This document shows positions 51,771 to 59,890 of a stretch of 64,000 nucleotides of DNA, piece by piece. Source of the DNA: an uncultured Pseudomonadales bacterium (lineage in GTDB: Bacteria; Patescibacteriota; Microgenomatia; UBA1400; Chazhemtobacteraceae); the NCBI GenBank assembly GCA_964618725.1, contig CAZUBK010000005.1, forward strand, positions 11,569 through 75,568, given 5' to 3'. The translations under genes were made by a program, and so were the position numbers. Below the pieces are notes generated by a model. The model saw only the letters and a list, made by a program, of their open reading frames with translations. It searched no databases and had not been told where the DNA came from. Each line of letters opens with the position of its first letter. Position 1 is the first letter of the stretch.

Positions 51771-53558
51771 TTACGGAGCCACTTCCTGCCAGATGATCTT
51801 GGGTATCTTCATCGCCGCTGGCGCGTTAACCACAAAGTCGGGCCTAAATATAAAGTATTCACTCGACTCAGTATTATTGACATCTCCCCTATCCCTCTCC
51901 AAAGATATCGCCTCCCAACCAACAAAAGTTCCCTCTCCTCTGAATCTTTGATCCGTCGCTGTATCCCCAGTAGAAGCCACCGTGATCACGTTCGCTACGT
52001 ATACTCCCTCCGCCCGCGTCACATTGGCTTGAAAAGTTACTGTCCCCGACGCGATTATCGCTAAGTACCCCCCCATTGCCACATCGGTATTCCCCGTCAC
52101 CGTCACATCTCCATTGTGTAAAACCACAATCTTATCGGTATTTCCCACCGCCCAACTCCCGTCAATTATAAGATCTCCACTACTTTTGTACAAAAAGTCA
52201 CTACTCCCTGTCGGCTTACCCATCCCATTCCAATCTACTCGATTAAGCGACGCAGTTCTCGCATAATAGTAGCCATAGTCAAATGCCCTCCCCGTATATC
52301 CGCTCGACACCTTCCAACCGTCTTTACTCACAACAGCATTCGCTGCAGTCCCTAAATCGATTGTCCCGGCTGAATAAACCAAGCCTGACATACCGCTGTT
52401 GTCTCCCCTTTGAACCACCAATGGCGTCTTGTCTCCGCCCGCGTAGCTATTACAAGTAGCTCGATTCCCTGAAAAACTACAAGCCGCCGGAATCTCACTC
52501 ACCACTCTGCTTTTTCCATAGATATCTCCACCTTCCGCCTGGAACCAACCACTACCCGACCGCGATAAGCCGATATTTCTTATCTCTTCCTCCCCCTGAT
52601 TGTTTAAAGTAATCGTGTCAATCGATCCGCTACACAGAAGTTTCTGTTGATATGTTATTGCCCCCGTATCGTAACTCAATCGATAGGTCTCAGGTACCGG
52701 CAAGCCCCCGATATCAAACCGTCCATTTGCCGTTGTTACTTCTGTATACGTCCCTATATGGTTTTGCAACGCCGTCAATGTCACCACTACTCCTTCTATC
52801 TTCGGCCGATTGTCTCGATCAGCACATCTAGCACCTCCAGAAGCGTCAAAGAACTGCCCCCTGATATTTCCCTTGCAATTTTGGGTTCCTTGACAAACAT
52901 TACTTCGCGTAAAAGTAGCCGCCTTACAAGAAGTCCATTTATCGTCTACGTCCGAACATCTACCATCACATCCATCCGATCCACCGCACTGCGGCTTGTT
53001 CCTACCAGGACAATTCGGCACACAGCCAGAACTGCTCCCGGTACTACTTCCCCCACCACAGGCAGCCGCGTCATAACATCCTCCCGGACTCAAACATACC
53101 GGATTATTGCCCAATCCCGCACAATCAGCATTCCCGTTAGCCGGATCACACGCCGATCCACACCCCGGACCGCCAGACGAAGATGAAGTCGATCCTCCAG
53201 AGGAAGTTGAGCCACCAGATGAAGTTGATCCACCAGAAGACGTAGAACCGCCCGATGAAGTTGATCCACCCGACGATGACCCGCCGCAAGAAAAAGGAAG
53301 TTCGCCCAAACCAGTGCAAGAACTAGTCATACAATACTGAATATTCGGCTCTCTAGTACCACACGGTTCACAATTAGATCTTTCCTGCCAACAACAGGGC
53401 GGATCACCTCCATCATTACATGGCATAGGATTACTACCACACACAGATCTACTGCACACCCAATAACTTTCTGCTCGTACTTTCGATACCGACCACTGCC
53501 ACACCAATAATACAAGAACAAATACAGGTAGAGAAACCAGCAGACGTCTTTTATTCAT
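51771..53558 (-). CDS. large secreted Cys-rich protein with (SGGSTS)n linker and beta-rich C-terminal domain
   Basis: It has a signal peptide, an N-terminal module with more than 30 Cys, five tandem SGGSTS repeats and a carboxypeptidase-regulatory-like stretch (RFDIGGLPVPETYRLSY). Confidence 0.5.
   Translation of the reverse strand: MNKRRLLVSLPVFVLVLLVWQWSVSKVRAESYWVCSRSVCGSNPMPCNDGGDPPCCWQERSNCEPCGTREPNIQYCMTSSCTGLGELPFSCGGSSSGGSTSSGGSTSSGGSTSSGGSTSSGGSTSSSSGGPGCGSACDPANGNADCAGLGNNPVCLSPGGCYDAAACGGGSSTGSSSGCVPNCPGRNKPQCGGSDGCDGRCSDVDDKWTSCKAATFTRSNVCQGTQNCKGNIRGQFFDASGGARCADRDNRPKIEGVVVTLTALQNHIGTYTEVTTANGRFDIGGLPVPETYRLSYDTGAITYQQKLLCSGSIDTITLNNQGEEEIRNIGLSRSGSGWFQAEGGDIYGKSRVVSEIPAACSFSGNRATCNSYAGGDKTPLVVQRGDNSGMSGLVYSAGTIDLGTAANAVVSKDGWKVSSGYTGRAFDYGYYYARTASLNRVDWNGMGKPTGSSDFLYKSSGDLIIDGSWAVGNTDKIVVLHNGDVTVTGNTDVAMGGYLAIIASGTVTFQANVTRAEGVYVANVITVASTGDTATDQRFRGEGTFVGWEAISLERDRGDVNNTESSEYFIFRPDFVVNAPAAMKIPKIIWQEVAP
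53183..53272. repeat. five imperfect 18-bp tandem repeats encoding (SGGSTS)n
   Basis: Read directly: gatgaagtYgatccacca-like units. Confidence 0.6.
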
Positions 53559-54181
53559 CTTTTTCCACCTAAAGTAATGCTTAGAACAGAATTTGCTCTA
53601 GCATCGTATCTAATTTTCAATAAATCACCATACTTCACTACACTATAAAAAAGTTCTTTCTGTAAGCTACTTGACGTCAACAAATACTTATTCTTCAATC
53701 TTGAAATCGAGACCCCTCGAGACGCCTCTATCTTTTCTACATAACCTTGATCAATCAATACACCTAATCGTTGTTCGAAATATGTTAACTGATCAATTGA
53801 GGTTAAAATTCCTATACTGAATTTCGTCTCTGAACTCAATCTAAATCGAGAAATTAGTTTTTGGCCTTTCACCACTAACACCCTATCTGGTGTAATACCA
53901 AGCAAAATTACATTTGCATTACGAATGTTTTCATCCACGGTAACTCCTCTCTGATCCACTAATGCTGCGTCGTAAAACACACTAATACCAAAATCACAAG
54001 GAATTGTCTTTTCTCTCTCACAAAGCCAATCTCCAAACCATGCCCCGATAATTAAATATGTCTGCGTGAAATAAATCAACAGAACAAGCACCACAAGAGG
54101 AACTACAAAAAAAAGAAACCAGAATCTTCTCATAAAATCACTCACACTCCTAATATCCCACATTCTCAGAATTCCCGTCAA
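53555..54181 (-). CDS. hypothetical membrane-anchored protein
   Basis: It has an N-terminal TM and is coupled (4-nt overlap) to the Cys-rich protein gene. The annotated start lies inside a terminator hairpin, so the real start is probably the internal Met near 54133. Confidence 0.4.
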   Translation of the reverse strand: MTGILRMWDIRSVSDFMRRFWFLFFVVPLVVLVLLIYFTQTYLIIGAWFGDWLCEREKTIPCDFGISVFYDAALVDQRGVTVDENIRNANVILLGITPDRVLVVKGQKLISRFRLSSETKFSIGILTSIDQLTYFEQRLGVLIDQGYVEKIEASRGVSISRLKNKYLLTSSSLQKELFYSVVKYGDLLKIRYDARANSVLSITLGGKR

Positions 54182-54186
54182 CCAAT

Positions 54187-54216
54187 CATTAACGTAAAAT
54201 CGCGTCTGCTGAAGCA
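54187..54216 (-). terminator. 13-bp perfect inverted repeat (aaatcgcgtctgc tgaa gcagacgcgattt), terminator of the GC-rich gene
   Basis: Read directly. It is followed by a U-run on the minus strand. Confidence 0.5.
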
Positions 54217-54231
54217 GACGCGATTTAACTT

Positions 54232-54657
54232 TTAAGACCCATCTGGATCCTCCTTTAGAAGGTTATCCAGAAAGGTATCCCTTTCTTCATCGTTGGCAAA
54301 CGGAGGTCTTGCCGGCGGCGGAAGGGTTTCCCGAGGATCTTGATCGACACTCGGCCACGGCAAGGTGCAACGCACCAAAAACGCCCTCGCCTCTTCCTCT
54401 TCCATTCCCTCAGCAGTTAGCTGAGAGAGCGTCAATTCGTACCGCTGAGAGGGATTCTCCCCCTCTTGAATCCATCGACACAACTCATCCGATGCGACGG
54501 AACTCGCCTCAAATGCACTCGATTGAGGCATCTGGGAAGCGGCGACATTCTCACTCTTCGGCGAGAAAATCGTCACGACTACCAACACGACAAAAACGAT
54601 CAGTGCCTTCATGAGACACCTCCTTTGTAAGGAACGAATACCTGCACTATACCCCAT
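54232..54657 (-). CDS. small secreted Pro/Glu-rich hypothetical protein, GC-rich gene
   Basis: The signal peptide MKALIVFVVLVV suggests a probable start near 54612. The gene is clearly GC-richer than its neighbours. Confidence 0.4.
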   Translation of the reverse strand: MGYSAGIRSLQRRCLMKALIVFVVLVVVTIFSPKSENVAASQMPQSSAFEASSVASDELCRWIQEGENPSQRYELTLSQLTAEGMEEEEARAFLVRCTLPWPSVDQDPRETLPPPARPPFANDEERDTFLDNLLKEDPDGS

Positions 54658-54707
54658 ATCCCCCCGTTTGTCAAGCTATCGGCCACACTCTCCTCCTTTT
54701 CAAGGTA

Positions 54708-54730
54708 CAAAAAACCGCCTCAGGGGCGGT
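54708..54730 (-). terminator. intrinsic terminator (accgcc/ggcggt stem plus T6) after the AsnB-like gene
   Basis: Read directly. Confidence 0.55.
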
Positions 54731-54823
54731 TAAGGAAGCTTCCCTTTGGGGGCCGCTAGGTCCAAGTCGGACAACAGCTGAGGCTTCTTATATCTCATAC
54801 TCAAACTAGCATAACACCTCCTG

Positions 54824-56461
54824 TCAACTTGAAAAGTTCAACACAACATCATTCTTCTGCAAAAACCACTCTAATTTGATGAGTGTCTCTAGTGCAATTG
54901 CCACATTAGGTTCCTTGAATATCTGACCATTAGGATCATCAAGCATATCTTGTATTTGATTAGGATCAATCAATCCCGTTGAAACCAAGACAGAGTTCTT
55001 CAAGACTTCATCGATTAATGGTCGTTGATTTATCGCAAAATTTACAAATGTGTGCTCAGGACTTCCCTTTTTAGGAATAAACATTTCCTCTACAAAAATG
55101 TCCTTCATTTCTTTCATCAGCTCCAATTTCAAATCCCATTTCTTTTTTCCTAGCACTTCAGGCATATTCTTACCCAGAGCAATTAACCTAGTATCCAAAA
55201 AAGGATTCATAAAGCGCAGTCCATAAGAGTTATACTGTTCTTGAGAACTTGCCTTAGCTATTACCCCAGACTCGGAAATTATTGTTGGATAGGAACTCCT
55301 TTTATTATATCTGTCCTCATCCAAAAATATCTCGATCCCTTTTGAAGTAAATAGCGCTTGTGTACCAAACTTCTTGAGAGTGTTGACTTCCATAAAATAG
55401 TTGTACTGTTTGTTGAATCTTAGAAACAAATCCATACCTTTCAACATATATGCCTCATCACCACCCTCGCCACCAAAATTAATACGAACCCCATTTCTCT
55501 TCAACAATCCAAGGTGCACCTGTTGTTCATGCATGGCAATCTGATACGGATCATCTACCGACCACTTCTCTGAATAGTTAGAATCACGTAGTTGAGGCTT
55601 CTTGGCATCAACTGATTTCAATTTCAAACCATGTCTATCCGTAAACTTCTTTACAACCTCAATATTTGTTTCATCTACCATCAAATCCGAGTAGCGTGAA
55701 TAACAAGTAAATGCATTAGGACCAGCAACCTGTGCTAAACAATAAGCAATTAAGGTGCAGTCAAAACCAGAAGAAACATCACACCCAATTTCAACTCCCT
55801 TAGGAATTTTTGACCAACGTTGCCTGACAATTTCAGTCACAGCTTTAATCCAATCGATAGAAAAATCTTTTAAGGACGAATATTTCAAGTCCTCAAGAGA
55901 ATTAAGGTAGCCTTCGATATCAAGCAGTGTCTTAATCCTATATGAAGATGGATTATCGAAATTAAATACAACTACGGAACCTGCGGGGACTACCTTAATC
56001 TGTTGTATTAAGGTTTTCTCAGTCATGTGCCATGTCCAAAGCAAACCTGTCAGTATCCCATCTAAATCACCTATCAACTTTTGGCTTCCTTTAACTTCAT
56101 TTTTTACTTTCGAAAAATTAGTTGAAAAAATTATCGAACCCTGAAGAATTGAAAAATAGCATGCAAAACTAAAAAATTGGTCCACGCAGACAGAAAGAGT
56201 CCTATTTTGTTTATCAAACATAAACAAAATAAATTCGCTATTGCTATTCACAATTCGTCGAAACCCATTTGTCTGTACTTCTAATAACAAATCTTTTTCA
56301 TGTAACAAATTTTCATAACAAACAAAATATCCAGTCAACAAATACCGATCATTTTCTTGTCGAATCCTGATTGGTACTCTTATATCAGGTAATTGGACAG
56401 TAGAAAACAAGCCCTCAACGGCGAAAGGCAGGTCTAGTTTTATACAAAAATCGTTATTCAT
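54824..56461 (-). CDS. asparagine synthetase (AsnB) family protein lacking the N-terminal glutaminase Cys; lasso-cyclase/beta-lactam-synthetase-like amide ligase
   Basis: It has a PP-loop-like motif (DVSSGFDCTLIAYCLA, compare SGGLDS) and an AsnB synthetase motif (NFGGEGGDEAYMLKG). The N-terminus is MNNDFC, not MCG. The gene is AT-rich and overlaps the upstream 86-aa ORF by 8 nt. Confidence 0.65.
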   Translation of the reverse strand: MNNDFCIKLDLPFAVEGLFSTVQLPDIRVPIRIRQENDRYLLTGYFVCYENLLHEKDLLLEVQTNGFRRIVNSNSEFILFMFDKQNRTLSVCVDQFFSFACYFSILQGSIIFSTNFSKVKNEVKGSQKLIGDLDGILTGLLWTWHMTEKTLIQQIKVVPAGSVVVFNFDNPSSYRIKTLLDIEGYLNSLEDLKYSSLKDFSIDWIKAVTEIVRQRWSKIPKGVEIGCDVSSGFDCTLIAYCLAQVAGPNAFTCYSRYSDLMVDETNIEVVKKFTDRHGLKLKSVDAKKPQLRDSNYSEKWSVDDPYQIAMHEQQVHLGLLKRNGVRINFGGEGGDEAYMLKGMDLFLRFNKQYNYFMEVNTLKKFGTQALFTSKGIEIFLDEDRYNKRSSYPTIISESGVIAKASSQEQYNSYGLRFMNPFLDTRLIALGKNMPEVLGKKKWDLKLELMKEMKDIFVEEMFIPKKGSPEHTFVNFAINQRPLIDEVLKNSVLVSTGLIDPNQIQDMLDDPNGQIFKEPNVAIALETLIKLEWFLQKNDVVLNFSS

Positions 56462-56714
56462 TGGTATGTAAAATATTTCTGTCCACTAATTTAGTAAGGA
56501 TTTCTTCCAATCCATCAACGTCATTCCTAAAAAAAACTTGCAACTGTTTTTCATCCACCGGTTGATTTTCAAATATGTATTTTAAAAGTTGATACTCTAA
56601 TGGTCTAATCGCAACAACATCGTCAGACTTGAAATCATAAGCAATCGTATAATAATCATTTTTTTTATCGGTATCTAAAAAAATTATGGCGTCCTTATTT
56701 ACTAAATAGGTCAT
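56454..56714 (-). CDS. small (86 aa) winged-helix-like protein, possibly a PqqD-like RiPP recognition element
   Basis: Only size and position argue for this, together with a C-terminal helix pattern (LEEILTKLVDRNIL). There is no strong motif. Confidence 0.3.
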   Translation of the reverse strand: MTYLVNKDAIIFLDTDKKNDYYTIAYDFKSDDVVAIRPLEYQLLKYIFENQPVDEKQLQVFFRNDVDGLEEILTKLVDRNILHTNE

Positions 56715-56738
56715 TTTTACTCAAAATTAGTCTCTTGA

Positions 56739-56758
56739 GGGGCGGCTTACGCCGCCCC
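56739..56758 (-). promoter_or_regulatory. strong GC hairpin (ggggcggc ttac gccgcccc) between the small peptide gene and the downstream genes
   Basis: Read directly. No U-run follows on the minus strand, so it is more likely an attenuator or stability element. Confidence 0.4.
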
Positions 56759-56767
56759 GATTTACAA

Positions 56768-56914
56768 TTACGATTGCCTTGAATTGGGGTTTTGATCACT
56801 ACCACCATTCTTTGCTCTCGATATCTCACTCATTTTACCTAAAACTTCAACTTTTGGCTCGCTCTTCTCCATTTCGATCTTCTGCTCAACTATTTTTTCG
56901 ATTTGACTTGCCAC
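56768..56914 (-). CDS. 48-codon peptide gene (candidate RiPP precursor)
   Basis: AAAGGAGG sits 8 nt before GTG 56914. The peptide is VASQIEKIVEQKIEMEKSEPKVEVLGKMSEISRAKNGGSDQNPNSRQS, with TAA at 56768-56770. It is not in the ORF track (too short). Confidence 0.3.
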   Translation of the reverse strand: MASQIEKIVEQKIEMEKSEPKVEVLGKMSEISRAKNGGSDQNPNSRQS

Positions 56915-56942
56915 AATACTCACCTCCTTTCACACAATCGTA

Positions 56943-56965
56943 CAAAACCGCCAATAAAGGCGGTC
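56943..56965 (-). terminator. terminator-like hairpin (accgcc aataaa ggcggt plus U4) after rpsR
   Basis: Read directly. Confidence 0.45.
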
Positions 56966-57064
56966 GTAAGAACCAAAAAAATCCTTCACCAGCTAGAAAT
57001 ACAGAACAATCCGATTTCATTGAGTAAAATATAACACCTCCCGTCAACTCTAAACTCTCAACTT

Positions 57065-57292
57065 CTAGATAAACCTCATCATCGCCAAGTGTCTGGCCCG
57101 CTTTATTGAGATCGCCACCCTTCTCTGATGCTTCTCACACACTCCGGTCACAAAACGAGAGATAATTCTCCCCTTACCCGAAAGATACTTACTCAAAGTC
57201 TCAGTCTCTTTGTAATCCGGCTCCTTTTTGTTTACACAAAAATAACAAGGCTCTTTAGACCGTCTAATTTTTTTCTTTACTGGTTGTGCCAT
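57065..57292 (-). CDS. rpsR: 30S ribosomal protein S18
   Basis: CYFC...KEPDYK...LSKYLS.KGRI...TGVCEKHQRRVAISIKRARHLA. Confidence 0.9.
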   Translation of the reverse strand: MAQPVKKKIRRSKEPCYFCVNKKEPDYKETETLSKYLSGKGRIISRFVTGVCEKHQRRVAISIKRARHLAMMRFI

Positions 57293-57326
57293 CGTTACTG
57301 TTCTTGATTTCTAATAATTAAGCTCG

Positions 57327-57827
57327 TTAAAAAGGAATATCATCAGCCACTTCTTCGGCTAGATCTCTTTCTTCTTTCTTTTCCGGTTTCTCCTCAATAT
57401 CCGAGAGCTCCGCCTTAACTTCGTCTTCTATGACAGAAGCCACTGGAGTAGAAGTTATCTCCGTCCCAAATTCCTCACCTTGACCCGGTTTACCCGGACC
57501 AAAGGCAATCATCTCTTCAATCACCACTTCAGTCGTCCGTCGCTCTACACTATCCTGTCCCGTCCAGGTTCTCGTCGACATTCGACCCTCTACATAAATC
57601 TTTCTCCCTTTGTAAAGTAGTTGTGAGCAAATCTCCGCCAACTTGTTCCAAGCCACCAAATTATGAAACTCCACATCCTCCTGTCGCTGGCCCGACTGAT
57701 CAGCCCACTCCCGGTTTGTTGCCAATCCGAAAGAACAAACTGGTGTCCCCTGTGGCGTGTATCTAAGTTCAGGGTCTCGTGTCAAATTACCAATCAACAA
57801 CACCTTGTTCAAGCTTCTGGCTGCCAT
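57327..57827 (-). CDS. ssb: single-stranded DNA-binding protein
   Basis: It has an OB fold (NKVLLIGNLTRDPELRYTPQG) and an acidic tail ending DDIPF. Confidence 0.9.
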   Translation of the reverse strand: MAARSLNKVLLIGNLTRDPELRYTPQGTPVCSFGLATNREWADQSGQRQEDVEFHNLVAWNKLAEICSQLLYKGRKIYVEGRMSTRTWTGQDSVERRTTEVVIEEMIAFGPGKPGQGEEFGTEITSTPVASVIEDEVKAELSDIEEKPEKKEERDLAEEVADDIPF

Positions 57828-57829
57828 AT

Positions 57830-58114
57830 TTATTTGGTACTCTTGATAACTAATAAATGTCGTAAAACACTTTCCGTCTGTTTTAACCTTATTCCCAAAT
57901 CAGACACTTCTTTAGGCTTCAATTGCAAATCAAAGAGAATATAAGCCCCTCTGGACATCTTCTTGATTGGATATGTCAATTCCCGTACTCCCCAAAAATC
58001 AAAAGTTTTTATCTCCCCACCTGTTTTCTGAAGTAATCCTTCCAAAAGGACCTTAGCCCCTTCCTCAGTAGTATCTTCGGGCAAGACTAAAGTTAGTTCG
58101 TAAATCTTATCCAT
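57830..58114 (-). CDS. rpsF: 30S ribosomal protein S6
   Basis: YELTLVL...GEIKTFDFWGVRELTYPIKK; rpsF-ssb-rpsR order. Confidence 0.85.
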   Translation of the reverse strand: MDKIYELTLVLPEDTTEEGAKVLLEGLLQKTGGEIKTFDFWGVRELTYPIKKMSRGAYILFDLQLKPKEVSDLGIRLKQTESVLRHLLVIKSTK

Positions 58115-58198
58115 AAATTTTACTTAATTCTGGCTAATTATACCAAGACAATAATCCGAAAGCAATTACAGCAACTATTTTGTACTACACTTAAAATA

Positions 58199-59890
58199 AT
58201 GCCGAAAAAGTATACTTCAAGACTCCCCTTCTGGTTGGGTATTTTTACCATCTTACTTCTCACTTTCTATTTTAGCATTGGCATTACCCGCTACTTTTTC
58301 TTCGGTTCACACGACGGCGACTACAACCTTATTCGTGCCTTCACTGCCCTGCTAGCCTTCAAAGAAGGCCAGTTTCCTCTTTTCTGGACTGGCACCCTCA
58401 ACCAACTTTGTGGCGCTCCCCTCCCTACCACCCATTATCCTCTCCTCAGTTATCTCGCAATTCTTGTAGCTCAAGTCATTCCTCTCCCTCTTCCTCGAAT
58501 TATTACCTACATCTTCGCCACCTCACTCCCTCTTGGCGGACTTGGTATGTACTTGCTTTTTTCTCGTCACAGTAAATCTGTCTTCACTTCATTTGTCGGT
58601 GCCACCCTTTACTCTCTCTCCCCCTACTTTTTTGTCAACCTTTACGTTCGCGGTACTACCGAAGTTTTCGGCTACGCCCTCGCTCCCTGGATTTTTCTCC
58701 TTATTAATCTCGTCTTCCAATCTACTCTCTTCTTTCCCCTGCTTGTCCTTATCTGGTTGCTCTTTATTCTCTCCCACAATCTCGTCTTTCTTTTTTTTCT
58801 TCCTTTCATCCTCCTCTATCTCTTCTGTCTCAGCCGAAAACATAAAACCTCGTCCCTTGGTTTATTGATTCTTCTCGTTTTCTCTCTGACCGCCTCCTTT
58901 TTCTGGCTCCCCGCTCTAGTCTTTCAACCCCTACTTCAACTTAGTATCACCCCCGCCATAGATTACCAACAACACTTTCCCTCCCTTAGACAACTCCTTT
59001 ATTCCCCTTGGGGCTTCTTCTATCAGACTGCCTCCCCCTCTAACAAGTACCCTTCCGGTATCAACTTCTCGCTGGGAATCGCTCAGTGGCTTCTTCTCGC
59101 CATCACCGTTATTTCCCTTAAACTGAAACCATACCGCCGTCTCAAATTATCGTTACTCGCTCTAACTCTCCTCACCATCTTTTTTATTTCGTATCCCTCC
59201 CGTTTTTTGTGGAACAGTTTTACTCCCCTTCAAATTATTCAGTTCCCCTGGCGACTTCTTGGGCTTGCCATTTTTTTCATTAGCGTCCTAACCGTCATTA
59301 CTCTCTCCTCCCTCCCCAAGTCATTAAGAATCATCGTCGGCATCCTTCTCCTTTCTTTCGCCATTATCGGCAATCGTAATCACCACCTGCCGACCCCACT
59401 CATGGATGAAAGCTTTTATCACAATCTCAACTACCACCCCGTTCGCTATACCACTACCACCATCGCTGACGAAGTCATCCACAAGAACTCACTCAGAGCC
59501 TGTAAGGCTTCTGATCCCTTCGTCACTGGCTCGTCGATCCAAGGCTCCTCCGCCGAGATCAAAGAAAGCTCCGGCCAAATTTCTTATTCTTCCTCCAAAC
59601 AAACAGATCACGACCTTGCCCTCCGTTTAATGTACTTCCCCGGCATCTATCGCTTTCAGGTTAACAACCAGCCCATTTCGGAATACAGCGAAAGTCAAGG
59701 TCTAGTTCTCCTAAAAGACGTCTCTTCCCAAAAAGGTCTCAATCAAATCAGTTGGACCATCCACCCCACTCCCACCCATCGCCTCGCCTATCTCCTCACC
59801 CTCGTCGGTTTCGCCCTCACTCTTATCTATCCCATTATCCGACTTCTCAACCAAGCAAAACTCTCAAGAAAAACTAAGTCCCAATCATAA
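58199..59890 (+). CDS. large polytopic membrane protein (possible GT-C-type glycosyltransferase), function uncertain
   Basis: The 563-aa ORF has more than 12 hydrophobic helices and a large C-terminal soluble domain. Confidence 0.4.
   Translation: MPKKYTSRLPFWLGIFTILLLTFYFSIGITRYFFFGSHDGDYNLIRAFTALLAFKEGQFPLFWTGTLNQLCGAPLPTTHYPLLSYLAILVAQVIPLPLPRIITYIFATSLPLGGLGMYLLFSRHSKSVFTSFVGATLYSLSPYFFVNLYVRGTTEVFGYALAPWIFLLINLVFQSTLFFPLLVLIWLLFILSHNLVFLFFLPFILLYLFCLSRKHKTSSLGLLILLVFSLTASFFWLPALVFQPLLQLSITPAIDYQQHFPSLRQLLYSPWGFFYQTASPSNKYPSGINFSLGIAQWLLLAITVISLKLKPYRRLKLSLLALTLLTIFFISYPSRFLWNSFTPLQIIQFPWRLLGLAIFFISVLTVITLSSLPKSLRIIVGILLLSFAIIGNRNHHLPTPLMDESFYHNLNYHPVRYTTTTIADEVIHKNSLRACKASDPFVTGSSIQGSSAEIKESSGQISYSSSKQTDHDLALRLMYFPGIYRFQVNNQPISEYSESQGLVLLKDVSSQKGLNQISWTIHPTPTHRLAYLLTLVGFALTLIYPIIRLLNQAKLSRKTKSQS

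Noticed and set aside
53107-53340. Plus-strand ORF encoding DPPEEVEPPDEV acidic repeats
   Set aside because: It is a mirror-frame artefact of the 18-bp tandem repeat inside the Cys-rich protein gene.
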